The notes under the pieces are model-generated. The model was given only the letters and a program-made list of their open reading frames with translations. It had not been told where the DNA came from and ran no database searches. From contig NC_073387.1 in NCBI RefSeq assembly GCF_028641065.1, positions 22,692,001-22,756,000 on the forward strand: 64,000 bases of DNA, in the 5' to 3' direction. The first letter of the stretch is position 1. Each line of letters opens with the position of its first letter. A program made the position numbers and the translations under genes. Positions 1-13,500 of the stretch are shown piece after piece. This stretch comes from Leucoraja erinacea (lineage: Eukaryota).

Positions 1-1431
1 GTACGTTCTCCCTGTGACTGCGTGGGTTTTCTCCGGGGTGCTTTGGTTTCCTCCCCCATTCCAAAGACGTGCAGGTTTGTAGGTTAATTGGCTTCTGTAA
101 ATTGTCCCTAGTGTGTAGAATAGGACTAGTGTATGGTGGATGGTTGGTCGGCACGGATTCGGCAGGCCGAAGAGCCTGTTTCCATGCTGTATCTCTAAAA
201 CTAAACTAAGATAAAAAGGATATTGAAGTGGAGAGGACAAAGGCACAAACTTACAGAGGCAGAAGTGGAGCGGAGATAATCAGGGACACTCAGGAGATAG
301 GCAGCAAGAATCCTAGTGCAGGGGTGGGGCCATTAATTGCGGCCTTTTGAATGAATCCAAATTTTGTAGAACAAATCCTTTTACTTTTATTAATATGTTT
401 TTGTTCGTCTTTTATTATTTTAATATTAATCTTAAAATGAACGTATTTAAAACACCAAAGAGTAAAAGAAGATTGAACGAAATAATCCTCCCCGCACGAA
501 AAATGCTTTCTTGCTTTTCAACCACTTATTGATGCAAATCTACATTCTCCTACCTAACCCAAATCAAGACGCCCTTAAGGTCACAAATGACGGATCCCCA
601 TCTAGAAGATCAGCTGAAACTGCGTACCTCCATGTTGCAACCAAATATCCAAAGTCATTAAAATGTTAGTTAACTTTAGAGTGAACATTTCTTTTTCATT
701 TTCTTGAAGTTAGTACATAGTAGTTAGATTTTGACAAAATAATGTACATTTTGAAGTATATGTAATTGAAGTTTCTTGGATGCGGCCTTATTAGATTACA
801 GTCAACAATGCGGCATTCCAACATGAAAAGGTTCCCCACCCCTGTCCTAAAGGATAGTGGGTCAGGGAGAGAAATCAGAACCAATATGTAGAAACAAGGA
901 ACTGCAGGTGCTGGTTTACCAAGGAAAGATACAAAGTGCTGTAGTAACTCAGTGGGTCAGGCCGCATCGCTGGAGAACGTGGTTTAGTTTAGTTTATTGT
1001 CATGTGTACCGATGTACAGTGAAAAGTTTTTTGTTACCTACTAACCTGTCAGCTGAACTGTCCAGTGTTCAGATACAGGAAAAAGGGAATAACGTTTGCA
1101 ACATAAAGTCCAGTGAAGCCAGATTCAAGATAGTCCAGTAAAGACCGATTAAAAATAGTCCGAAGATCTTCGATGAGGTAGATAGTAGCTCAGGACCGCA
1201 CTATCGTTGTTGGTAAAGTGGCTCAGTTGGCTGATAAGTGACATTTAGGCTCGGTACAACTTAATCAGAGTCTGAAGAAGGGTCTCGACCCGAAATGTCA
1301 CCTATCCATGTTCTCCTGAAATGTTGCTTGGCCCACTGAGTTACTCCAGCACTTTGTGCTTTTCCCCTGACTGCCGATATTCACAACCGATATTCAAAGA
1401 GCGCAGATATCAAATCCAGAAGTAAACTCAC

Positions 1432-1526
1432 CAGCGTGTTAATGCCTCCACAAAAGGGGATAAGTTGGAGTAACACTGGCACCAGATTATACTTGAGGAA
1501 GGCAGAGCAGAATCGTTCTTCGCCAA
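1432..1526 (-). CDS. TMCO6: TMCO6 exon 10
   Basis: [31 protein letters not shown], ctgcag acceptor, GTGAGT donor. Confidence 0.87.
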
Positions 1527-4500
1527 CTGCAGGGAACAATGAAGAGTCGAGAGTTGCCATTCATCAGTCAGAGTGTTGAGTATAGAGTTTGGGAGGTCAT
1601 GTCGCAGCTGTATAACACGATGGAGACCCCACATTTATTGTGTACAGTTTTGGGCACCATGTTATAGGAAAGATGTTGTCAAGCTGGAAAGGGTGCAGAG
1701 AAGATTTACGAGGATGTTGCCGGGACTCAAGGGCCTGAGCTATAGGTAGAGGTTGAGCAGGCTATGACTTTATTCCAAGGAGCGCAGGAGAAGAGGGACG
1801 ATCCTATAGAGGTGTATAAGATCATGAGGGGAATAGGTACAGAATCTTTTACCCAGGGTAGGGGGAATCAATAATTAGAGGACATAGGTTTGAGGTGACA
1901 GTCAGAGACATACAGCATGGAAACAGGCCCTTCGGCCCAACTATGCCGATCTAGATACATTATCTAAGTGAGTCCCATTTGCCCATATTTGGTGCATATA
2001 CTTCTAAACTTTTCTTATCCATGTACCTGTCCAAATGTCTTTTAAAGGTGGTGGGGAAAGATTTAATAGAGGGGAATAGAGAGGGGGAATGCAAAGGGGA
2101 TTTTACTGGCAGCAGCAGGTGAATCAAGAACCAGAGGACAGAGGTTTGTGAGAGTGGAAAGATTTAATAGGAACCTGAAGAGCAACATTTTCCACAGAGA
2201 GGCTGGTGGGTGTCCGGGACGAGCTGCCAGAGGAGCTAGTTGCGGTAGGTACTGTAACATCATTTAAAAGTCATTTGGACGGGTACATGTATAGGATAGG
2301 TTGAGGGGATATGGGCCAAACGTGGGGAGGTGGGACTAGCTTAGAGGGGGCATGTTGGTTGGCATGGGCCAGGGGGGCTAAAGTGCCTGTTTCCCTGCTA
2401 TGTGACTCTATTGATTTTGTATTTCCATGTAATAAAATGGGTGCTGTCTGTGTGGCGTTTGCATGTTTTCTCTGTGACCGTGCGCGGGTTTCCTCCCACA
2501 TCCCAAAGGCGTGCGCGTCTGTAGTTTAGTTGTCCCCTCTGTAAATTGCCCCCTCCCCCCCAGAACGTAGTGTACATGGATAAGAAAGCATTGAAGGGAT
2601 ATGGGCCAAAAGCAGATAGGAATGTAGACGGGGCATGATAGTCGGCACAGGTGAGCGGGGCCGAAGGGCCTGTTTCCATGCTGTGAGACTCCATCTCAGA
2701 GCAGACTCACCGGTGAGGTTGTTGAGGAGCCAGAGGCATTCCCGAGAGACGGAGGGCTGCGTCGGCAGGAACTTGCTGATGATCGAGCTCAGCGCGGGCA
2801 GCAGTCCGCAGTCGACCAGTGGAGTTGCGTCGCGGCTTGCAGTCAGGTTCCCCAAACACCGGACCACCGGGTAAATCAGCTGAAACAGCCAGAACCACAC
2901 GCAGCAATGGTCAAGCAAGAGATCCAGCAAACAGTAGGCCCACCATGTCCACCAGCAATATTCCCGTAGCCTTGGTTCCTGAGCCTTTCCGGATCATCCG
3001 TTTTGCCCGACCAACAAAGGTCACGGCCTCCAGGAGGAGACCAATGGTACCGGAATGATCCACCTAGGCCGCCGGGGAGCCGACATATCGGCCCGCAAAT
3101 TCGGCCTCGGAAGTCGGCTATGGGAATGGATCTGCCGGCTCCGGCAGGGTCAGAGTGCCAGATATAAGCACTACATTTAAGAGGCATTTAGGCAATTTAG
3201 AGATCGGAGATAATGTGGAAACAAGCCCTTCGTCCCTTCTAGCCCTACCAGCGATCACCCCACACACTAGTTCTATCCTACACTCTAGGGACAATTTACA
3301 GATGGTAATTCACCTACAAACTTATGTATGTATCCTTGGAATGTGCCGCCCTTTATTAGGATAGTCCTAGGCAGGAGAATGGGGTTGAGAGGGAAAAATA
3401 GATCAGCCATGATTGAATGATTGGAAGAGTGGGCTGAAAGATGGCAGATGGGGTTTAATGCTGATAAGTGTGAGGTGCTACATCTTGGCAGGCCAAATCA
3501 AAATAGGACGTACATGGTAAATGGTAGCAAATTGAGGAATGCAGTTGAACATAGGGATCTAGGAATAACTGTGCATAGTTCCCTGAAGGTGGAATCTCAT
3601 GTAGATAGGGTGGTAAAGAAAGCTTTTGGTGTGCTGGCCTTTATAAATCAGAGCATTGAGTATAGAAGTTGGGATGTAATGTACAAGGCATTGGTGAGGC
3701 TAATTCTGGAGTATGGTGTACAATTTTGGTCACCAAATTATAGGAAAGATGTCAACAAAATAGAGAGAGTACAGAGGAGATTTACTAGAATATTGCCTGG
3801 GTTTCAGCACCTAAGTTACAGAGAAAGGTTGAACAAGATAGCTCTTTATTCTTTGGAGCGCAGGTTAAGGGGGGACTTGATAGAGGTCTTTAAAATTATG
3901 AAAGGGACAGACAGAGTTGACGTGGATAAGCTTTTTCCATTGAGAAGTAGGGAAGAGGACATGATTTGAGAATTAAGGGACAAAAGTTTAGGGGTAACAT
4001 GAGGGGGAACTTCTTTACTCAGAGAGTGGTAGCTATGTGGAATGAGCTTTCAGTGGAAGTGGTGCAGGCAGGTTCGATTTTATCATTTAAAAATAAATTG
4101 GATAGGTATATGGACGGGAAAGGAATGGATGGTTATGGTCTAAGTGCAGGTAGAAGGGACTAGTGGAGAGTAAGTGTTTGGCATGGACTTGAAGGGCCGA
4201 GATGGCCTGTTTCCGTGCTGTAATTGTTACATGGTTATATAAATGGCGGAGAAAACATGATGGGCCGAATGGCCTAATTCTGTTCCTATGTCTTGTGATC
4301 TTATGATCTATGATCTCGCACGAACCCTGAGCCACCGGTTACCCCTAAGTTGCATTATCTGGTCATTATCTTATCACTTATAACGTGGGGGTCAGGATTT
4401 TCGAAGGATCTGTAAAGTTTCCTACTTTCCAACAGTAGCCATGCTTCACAGAAACAAGCTGTAAAGTGCTGGAGGAAGTCCCAAAGCTGTAAAAGGCATT

Positions 4501-7500
4501 GCATAAATACTCATTTTACTTTCTATTATGCATCAGATGGATCCTCTCCCGCTCTGTAATGGCACCGGCAATGGGCAAGTGGGGATAAATTAGAGAATCT
4601 CCCAGCTTCACTTACCAATTCCACACCATCTGTTGTAGCGCCGGAATCAATGGCTCGGCCCAAAGCTATCAGCAGCGTTACAGCTTGGTGCAGGATGCCC
4701 TGGGAGATCACACACTCACTGGCAACACCGCTGCAGGCAAAAAACACAGAGAAAGACAGAGAAATAAAGAGAGAGGGAGAGGGAGAGAGCGGGGGAGGGA
4801 GAAGGAGGGAGTGTGTGGAGGGGGAGGGGTGAACGGAGTAGAGGGAAAGGGTGTAGGGGGGAGGTAGTGGGTAGGAGAGGGAGGGAGATGGAGGTAAGGG
4901 GGTAGGGTAGGAGGGATTGATGGGGATGGTGGGGGGAGAGGGTGAGTGGTAGTGAGAGGTGGAGGTAGACAGGGAGATAGAGATAGAGAGAGAGGGGATA
5001 GGGAGGTAGAGAGATATAGAGAGAGGGGTAGAGAGAGAATGGGGGAGAGAAGGGAGGGGGGAGGGGGGGAAANNNNNNNNNNNNNNNNNNNNNNNNNNNN
5101 NNNNNNNNNNNNNNNNNNNNNNNNNNNNNNNNNNNNNNNNNNNNNNNNNNNNNNNNNNNNNNNNNNNNNNNNNNNNNNNNNNNNNNNNNNNNNNNNNNNN
5201 NNNNNNNNNNNNNNNNNNNNNNNNNNNNNNNNNNNNNNNNNNNNNNNTTTATAGGCAAGTGGAATTGACGCCAGCTCATGGGGCAGGGTGAAGGGGTGGG
5301 ACGGGGTTGGGGCAGCGGAACGGGGACGATGGGATGGTGGAAAGTTTAGGGGCAGCGTGTGCTTCAGGAAGCTACACTAACAGTGGCCTCTCATTCGATA
5401 TTCAGCTGGAATAGGGCTTCAAGAACTGGACACAACACTCCAAAATCCTACTACTCTGCATCATGATTTCCTTACACATATACTCAATGCCCCGACCAAT
5501 GAAGGCAAACATACCATCGATCTTCTTTACTACTCTGCCAGTCCTGCATCAATCTGCTACCGATGTACAAAACTGTCGTCTTAACTATAATGCTCCGGTT
5601 TCCTCCCACATCCCAAAGACGGCAGGTTTGAATGTTAATTGTCCTCTATATATTTGCCCCTCGTGTGTAGGGAGTGGATGAGACAATGGGATAACATCGA
5701 AATAGTATGAATGGACGATCGATGGTCGGCGTGGACTCGGTGGGCCAAAGGGCCTGCTTCAATGTTGCATCTATCATCAATCAATCTGCAACAACTAATT
5801 CTTGCCTCTTGAGTATCCCAAATTAAAAAACTATCAGCAAAGAAAGGGCCTGCCCCAAAAAGGAATTTAGTCTGAAGAAAGGTTCCAACCCGAAATGTCG
5901 CTTGTTCCTTTTCTCCAGGGATGCTGCCTGTCCTGCTGTGCTACACCAGCATTTTGTGTCTATCTTTGGTATAAACCATCATCTGCAGTTCATTTCATAG
6001 AAACATAGAAAATAGGTGCAGGAGGAGGCCATTCAGCCCTTCGAGCCTGCACCGCCATTCAATATGATCATGGCTGATCATCCAACTCAGTATCCAGTAC
6101 CTGCCTTCTCTCCATACCCCCTGATCCCTTTTGCCTCAAGGGTCACATCTAACTCACTCTTAAATATAGCCAATGAACTGTCCTCAACTACCTTCTGTGG
6201 CAGAGAATTTCAGAGATTCACCACTCTCTGTGTGAAAAATGTTTTTCTCATCTCGGTCCTAAAAGATTATCCTTGAACTGTGACACCTTGTTCTGGACTT
6301 CCCCAACATCGGGAACAATCTTCCTGCATCTAGCCTGTCGAACCCCTTAAGAATTTTGTACGTTTCTATAAGATCCCCCCTCAATCTTCTAAATTCTAGT
6401 GGGAATCTAGAAGATTGAGGGGGGGATCTTATAGAAACTTTATTCTATCTCTTATCTGACTGCACATAATCTGTATCCCTCCATTCCATGCATTAGTGTT
6501 CGGGTTAACCCACATCTCTCCATACCTTGCATATCCATGTGCCAACTAAAAGCCTCATAAACGCCACTATCGTTGCACTATAGTGTGTTCCAGGCCCCCA
6601 CTGCCCACTCTGTGTTAAAAAAAAAACTTGCACCGCACATCTCCTTTAAACTTTGTCCCTCTCACCATGAAGCTGTGTCCTTCAGTATTTAATTTTTTTC
6701 ATCCTGTGGAAAAAGGGTTCTGACTGTCGACCCACCCAAAGACAATAGACAATAGGTGCAGGAGTAGGCCATTCGGCCCTTCGAGTCAGCACCACCATTC
6801 AATGTGATCATGGCTGATCATCCCTAACCAGTACCCCGTTCCTGCCTTCTCCCCATATCCCCCGACTCTGCTATCTTTAAGAGCCCTATCTAGCTCTCTC
6901 TTGAAAGTATCCAGAGAATCGGCCTCCAACGTCCTCTGAGGCAGAGAATTCCACAGACTCACAACTCTCTGTGAGTAAATGTGTTTCCTCGTCTCCGTTC
7001 TAAATGGCTTACCCCTTACTCTTAAACAATGCCTCTCTTCAGAGCAATAAACAGCACTGCAGCCAGCTGAAGGGATGCGTTACCTACTCACGATGTAGTG
7101 CAGGCACCAGGCACACTCCACGGCCGTGGGCATCCCCAGTTCAGAATCCAGATCCAGCAATTCGATCAAACGTGGCGTCAGGCTCGCTTCCAGAACCGCA
7201 CTGCCAGTAATACAAAACCAGATGCAAGAGAAAGAAAGAATGTATTGCTAACAACAAGAGCAGAGGTTTTAAGCTGGAAAAAGTGCAGTGAAGATTTAAA
7301 GAGGCACGAGTGCTTTATTGGCACAAGCCCTGAAACCGAACAATGAAATTCTTACTAGAATCTGGGCATTACTGCTTTCAGCAGCCTCCGCTCCATGGGG
7401 AACCTCACCAACGTCTCTCAACCTGGACCTTCTCCCCGATGGCAGGAGTGAAATGAGAGCATGATCAGGGTGGTGTGGGTCTCTGATGATGCTGGCTGCC

Positions 7501-10500
7501 TTTTTGAGGCAGCAAGTCCTGTAGATCCCTTTGATGGAGGGGAGGTCAGTTCCCGTGATGATCCGGACAGTGTTCACCACGTTTTGCAATTTACGAGGTT
7601 GTTGCCAGGACTCATGGGCCTGAGCTGTAGGGAGTGGTTGGGCCGGCTAAGACTTTATTCCTGGGTGCGCAGGATACCGAGGGGTGATCTTGCCATGGTT
7701 TGTCCTTGCAGTCTTCCACAGGGTCAGGAACAGCTCTTGAACGATGCACAACACTAACCTCAACTATGAGAGTCTACCAATTTACTTTGGTTGCAAACAC
7801 GGGGGAGATTCGCTTTGCTTATTTCACCCCTCAGTGGTGATCAACGCCGATCAAACCGGCTCCTGGCCTTCTCCACTCCATGGGGAACCTCACCAAGTTC
7901 TCTCAATGCTGGGATCACTCTCATTACTCTCTTCTCTCCACTATCCGTCCTCCCCACCATCGAAGCGATCTACAGATCGAATGGCGGAGTAGGCTCGATG
8001 AGCTGAACGGCCTAAAAGACCCATATCACTTAAGCAACGCTCTCATTTCACTCCTGCCATCGGAGAGATGTTACAGGAGCCTGAGAACCTAAATCTCTGA
8101 GTTCAAGAACAGTTTCTTCCTAACAACAATCAGATTCTTGCACACTGCACAACACGAACAGCACAGCAGTAAAGTTGCCCACAGCACCAGAGACCCGGGT
8201 TCGATCCTGACCGCGGGTGCTGTCTGTACGGAGTTTGTACGCTTTCCCTGTGACCGCGTGGGTCTTCTCCGGGTGCCTCGGTTTCCTCCCACACTACAAA
8301 GACGTGCAGGTAGATTGATTCAATGTAGATTAAAAATGATTAAATTGTCCCTAATGTGCAGGATAGTGCTAGTGTACGGGGTGATTGCTGGCCGGCGCGG
8401 AGTCGGTGGGCCGAAGGGCCTGTTCCTGCGCTGCATCCTTAAAGTGTACATGGGTTGGTTGGCGGATGGGTGCACAAAGGCCACAGATGAAACGGAGACA
8501 AAAGGGTGTCAGATATTTCCAGAACATATGTTTAACTGCCAGTATCTGCAGTATTTTGATCTTACAGTGGACGAATCTAGTCGTGAAGAAAACATCCTAG
8601 TCTTTGGCAGAAGTGCAAAGCCTTCTCCCTGTCCAGCAATGATTGATTATTCCAGGGCTTGCTAGTAACTCACTTAGACGGAGCGCCATCACCCCCTGGT
8701 GGCAGCGCACAGTAATTCACAGTTGGAGGACATTCCAGAGACGTTTAGGTTTATTATTATTGTCGTGTGAAGTACTGCACCTCATCCACATGCACTGGGC
8801 ACAGGTGAGTCTGTCCTCAGCTTAGTTTAGTTTATTGCCACCTGTACTGAGGTACAGTGAAAAGCTTGTGTTGTTTGCTACCCTGTCACCGGGAAGACAA
8901 TCCATGATGGGGTCGCAGTTTAAGGATAAAGGGGAAATCTTTTAGGACTGAGATGAGAAAAACATTTTTTACACAGAGAGTGGTGAATCTCTGGAATTCT
9001 TTGCCACAGAATGTAGTCGAGGCCAGTTCATTGGCTATATTTAAGAGGGAGTTAGATGTGGCCCTTGTGGCTAAAGGGATCAGGGGGTATGGAGAGAAGG
9101 CAGGTACAGGATGCTGAGTTGGATGATCAGCCATGATCATATTGAATGGCGGTGCAGGCTCGAAGGGCCGAATGGCCTACTCCTGCACTTATTTTCTATG
9201 TTTCTATTACAATGGAGCTATTCACAGATACAGGATAAAGGGAATAACGTTTAGTGCAAGATAAATTTCAGTAAAGTCCAATCAAAGACAGTCCGAGGGT
9301 CTCCAATGAGGTAGAGAGTAGCTCAGGACTGCCATCTAGCTGTTGGTAGGATGGTTCAGTTGAGAAGAAACTATTCCTGAATCTGAAGGTGTGTGTTTTC
9401 ACATTTCTGTACCACTTGCCTGATGGGAGAGGGGAGAAGAGGGAGTAACCGGGGTGAGACTGGTCCTTGATTATGCTGGTGGCCTTGCTGGGGCAGCGTG
9501 AAGTGTAGATGGAATCAATGGAAGAGAGGTTGGTTTATATCGAACAAGGAACTACAGATGCAGAAATCTTGCAAAACACAAAGTGCTGGAGGAACTCAAC
9601 AGGTCAGGCAGCATCTGTGGAGGGAATGGACAGATGATGCTTCAGATAAAAGGACCTTTCTTCAGTTTGGGAGACACAAGGAATTTGCACTGGCTGCAAT
9701 CGTGAGCAAAAAGACAAAGTACTGGAGGAACTCAGTGATTCAGGCAGATTTTAGGCGAAAAATAATAGCTTTTTAATGTACCTCAGTACACTGGACAATA
9801 ATGTACTTCAACCTGAATGCATAGGTGTTGTTTTGGGTCGGGACCCTTCTTCAGACATTCTACAGAATGAGGAGGCAAGATGCTTCAAATTATCACAATA
9901 ATCCCACCCCTTTGACCGATGGACTGACAGATTTTCCAGACTATTGAAAGGCATTACTACTGCATTACTACTCAGCAATACTTTAAATTCATATTTTATA
10001 TTAGAATCAAAGAGCCATACTGCATGGCTTAATATACCAATGCCGACCAAGATGTCCCATCTACGATAGTCCCACCTGCCCGAGTTTGACCCATCTCTCT
10101 CTAAACCTTTCCTATCCAGTTACCTGTCTACATCTCTTTTAGATGCTTTTAGAGTACCTGCTTCAAAGTAAACTTTATTGTCAAGTTTACTTTGAAGCAG
10201 GTACTCTAAAAGCATCTAAAAGAGATGTAGACATCTTCAACTTCCTCCTCTGGCAGCTCGATCCATTAACCACCACCACGTGGCAAAAGTTGCCCCTCAG
10301 GTTCCTATTAAATCTTCTCTCTCTCACCTTAAACCTGCGTCCTCTGGTTCTTGATTCCCTTGCTCTGGGTAAATCTTCCAGTAAACACCATGAGTGTAAA
10401 GGAAAAGAGGAAAAAACAGCAAGCAGAGGGTTTAATGGGAGAGAGATATTTGATGTCACAAAATGTATTTTCTTAAAAATGAACATGTAGGAAGGGATAT

Positions 10501-13500
10501 GGGCCAAATCCTGGCAGATTGGACTACCATGGATGGGGAATCTTGATTGGCATGAATGAGTTGGGCCCAAGGGCTGTTTCCATGCTGTATGACTCCAAGA
10601 TTCAAGACTTCAAGAACCAGACGACACAGGTTCAAGGTATGGGGTGGGAGGAGGGGGTGGAAGGTTTAATCGGAACCCGAGTGGCAACTTTTTCTTTCAC
10701 ACAGAGGGTGGTGGGTGTGGGGTGGAACAAGCTGCCTGAGGAGGTTTGTTAAGGCAGGCACTATCACAACATTTCAAAAAGCAATTGGGCAGATACAGGG
10801 TGGAGGAAAGATCGAGTGGTCAAAAAAAAGGCTTTTGGCACATTGGCCTTCATCAGTCACAGCCTTGAGTGCAGAAGTTGGGAGGTCATGTTGCAGTTGT
10901 ATAAGACATTGGTGAGGCCGCATTTTGAGTATTCTGTTTCGATTTGGCCACCATGTTATAGGAAAGTTGTCAAGCTGGAAAGAGCGCAGAGAATATTTAC
11001 GAGGATGTTGCTGGGACACAAGGGCCTGAGCTTTAGGGAAGTTGAGCAGGCTAGAACTTTATTCCTTGGAGCACAAGAGGATAAGGGGTGATTTTACAGA
11101 GGTGTACAAAATCATGAGAGGAATAGATCAGGTAGATACATCGTCTTGCCTAGGGTAGGGGAATCAAGAACCAGAGGTCATATGTTTAAGGTGAGGCGGG
11201 GAAAGATTTAATAGGAAACTGAGAGGTAACTTTTTCACACAGAGGGTGATGGATGTTGGAACGAGCAACCACAGGAGGTAATTGAGGCAAGTACCATCAC
11301 AACGTTTAAGAAACATTAGGAAGTGTACATGGATAGGGCAGGCTTAGAGGGATAAAGGCCAAACATAGACAGGTGTGACTAGTGTGGTCACTGTGGGCAA
11401 TTTGGATCAAAGGGCCTATTTCCATGCTGGACCATCTATGACTCTAAGAGGAGAACTTACGGCACAATCTTCTCTCTCGCTTCCTTGGCCTGCAGCAATT
11501 GTGAAAGTGAATAAGCAGCCGCCTCCACCACAGCTCCATGAGGTGACTGAAAGAGACCAAAAAAAACCTCAGACACAGGCACATGGTGCTGGAGTAACTC
11601 AGCGGGACAGGCAGCATCTCTGGAGAACACCGAAAGTCACATTTCGGGTCGGGACCAAACACCATCTATCTTTGTTCTCCAGAGATGCTGCCAGACCCGC
11701 TGAGCTACTCCAGTGCTTTGTGTTTTTCGTAAACCTGCAACTGCAGTTCCTTGTTTCTCTACCACAGATACACGATCCGGTCTGCTCGCGCACCCCAGTA
11801 AAGCTACCAAGCAAATAGTGCACAGCTGGTAGAGCCGTTGCCGCATGGCGCCAGAGTCCGCGCTCAATCCTGACCTTGGGTGCTGTGGGTAAGAGAGCGA
11901 GTGAGCGAGGACTTTGCACGTTCTCCCTGTGACCGCATGGGTTTCCTCCAGGTACTCCAATTTCCTCCCACGTCCCAAAGGTTTGTAGGTTAATTCGCTT
12001 CTGCAAATTACACCCTGGTGTGCAGGGAGTGGATGAGAAAGTGGGATAACATAGGACTAGTGTGAACGGGTGATCGATGGTCGGTGTGGACTCAGTGGGC
12101 TGAAGGGCCTGATTCCATGCTGCATCTCTAAACTATCTCTCTGTGTTGGCACAGTGGCGTGGTGGTTGATTTGCTGCTTTACAGCGCCCGAGACCCAGGT
12201 TCGATCCTGACCTCAAGTGCTGTCTGCACATTCTCGCTGTAATCGCGTGGGTTTCCTCCGGGTGCCCCTTTTTCCTCTAACATTATGAAGACGTGTGGGT
12301 CTGTATGTTAATTGGCTTCTGTAAATTATCGCCAGTGTGTAGGATAATGCTAGTGTAAGGGTGATCGCTGGTTGGCGCGGATTCGATGGGCCGAAGGGCC
12401 AGTTTCCACACTGTATCTCTAAGTACTAAACTAAACAGTAACAACCCTGAATAGCAAACGTTAAGGGAACATCTCTCACCTGCAGGCAGCCGGCCAGTGC
12501 TTGGACCACACCTTGCAGCAGCAGCTGATTCCGAACAGCCTTATTCTCCGCTGCCAGATTGCCGAGGATATATAGACACTGCTCCTGAAAGCGTTTCCAA
12601 AAACGTTAAGAAATTAACATTAGAGCCTTCCAGCAGCAGTACACTTCATAGATGTAGCCCAGTCTATCACAAAGCCCAGTCTCCCCAACAATGACTCCAT
12701 CTACACCACACTGCCTCAGACAAGAACCAAAAACGTCAGAAGATAGATACGAAGTGCTGGAGTAACTCAGCGGGTCAGGCAGCATCTCTGGAGAACATGG
12801 ATAGGTGACATTTCAGGTCGGCTGCCTGCCTGACCCAGAGTTACTCTAGCATTTTGTGTCTATCTTTGGTATAAACCAGCAGCTGCATTTCCTTCCTACC
12901 CAGCTTAAAGTCCAGCACCTGCAATGTTGTAGTTTAGAAATTCAGGATTGCACCCTGTTCCCAGCAGTGCCCCGTTCATTCTTTCTTCTCCTCCAGCATA
13001 ATCAAAGACTTGTCCCTGTCCCACCCCGGTCATACCTTCTTTTTTATCCGCTCAAGTCTGGCAGACATTACAGAAGCTTGAAAAGCGCACCACCAGAATC
13101 AGGAACAGCTTCTTCCCCTCTGTTATCGGGCTGCTGAACGGTCCTTCCATAAGCTAGGGTACCGTCCAATCACCTCTACCCCATTGCGGACATTGGACTT
13201 TGTCTCTGGAACTGATGCGCTACAATGCCGGGAACTATATTCTGCACTCTGTATCTTCCCCTTTGCTCTACCTATTGTACTTGAGTTTGACGACTGAGTA
13301 TTTGTGTATAGTGTTATCTGATCTGTTTGGATAGCATGCAAAACAAAGCTTTTCACCATACCTCAGTACATTTGACAATAATAAACCTATACACAAGTTG
13401 AAGCTAAGAACATGGTAACCAGCATTCTGTGGAACTCTTCCCTACAATCCTTGCAGTCTTGTACTCTAAATACTCTTGCAGTGTAAACTTGTGCAATGTG

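Noticed and set aside
8160-8230. tRNA-like A/B boxes (GGTTCGATCC) at many sites
   Set aside because: Heads of tRNA-derived SINEs; no complete cloverleaf, always followed by the SINE core
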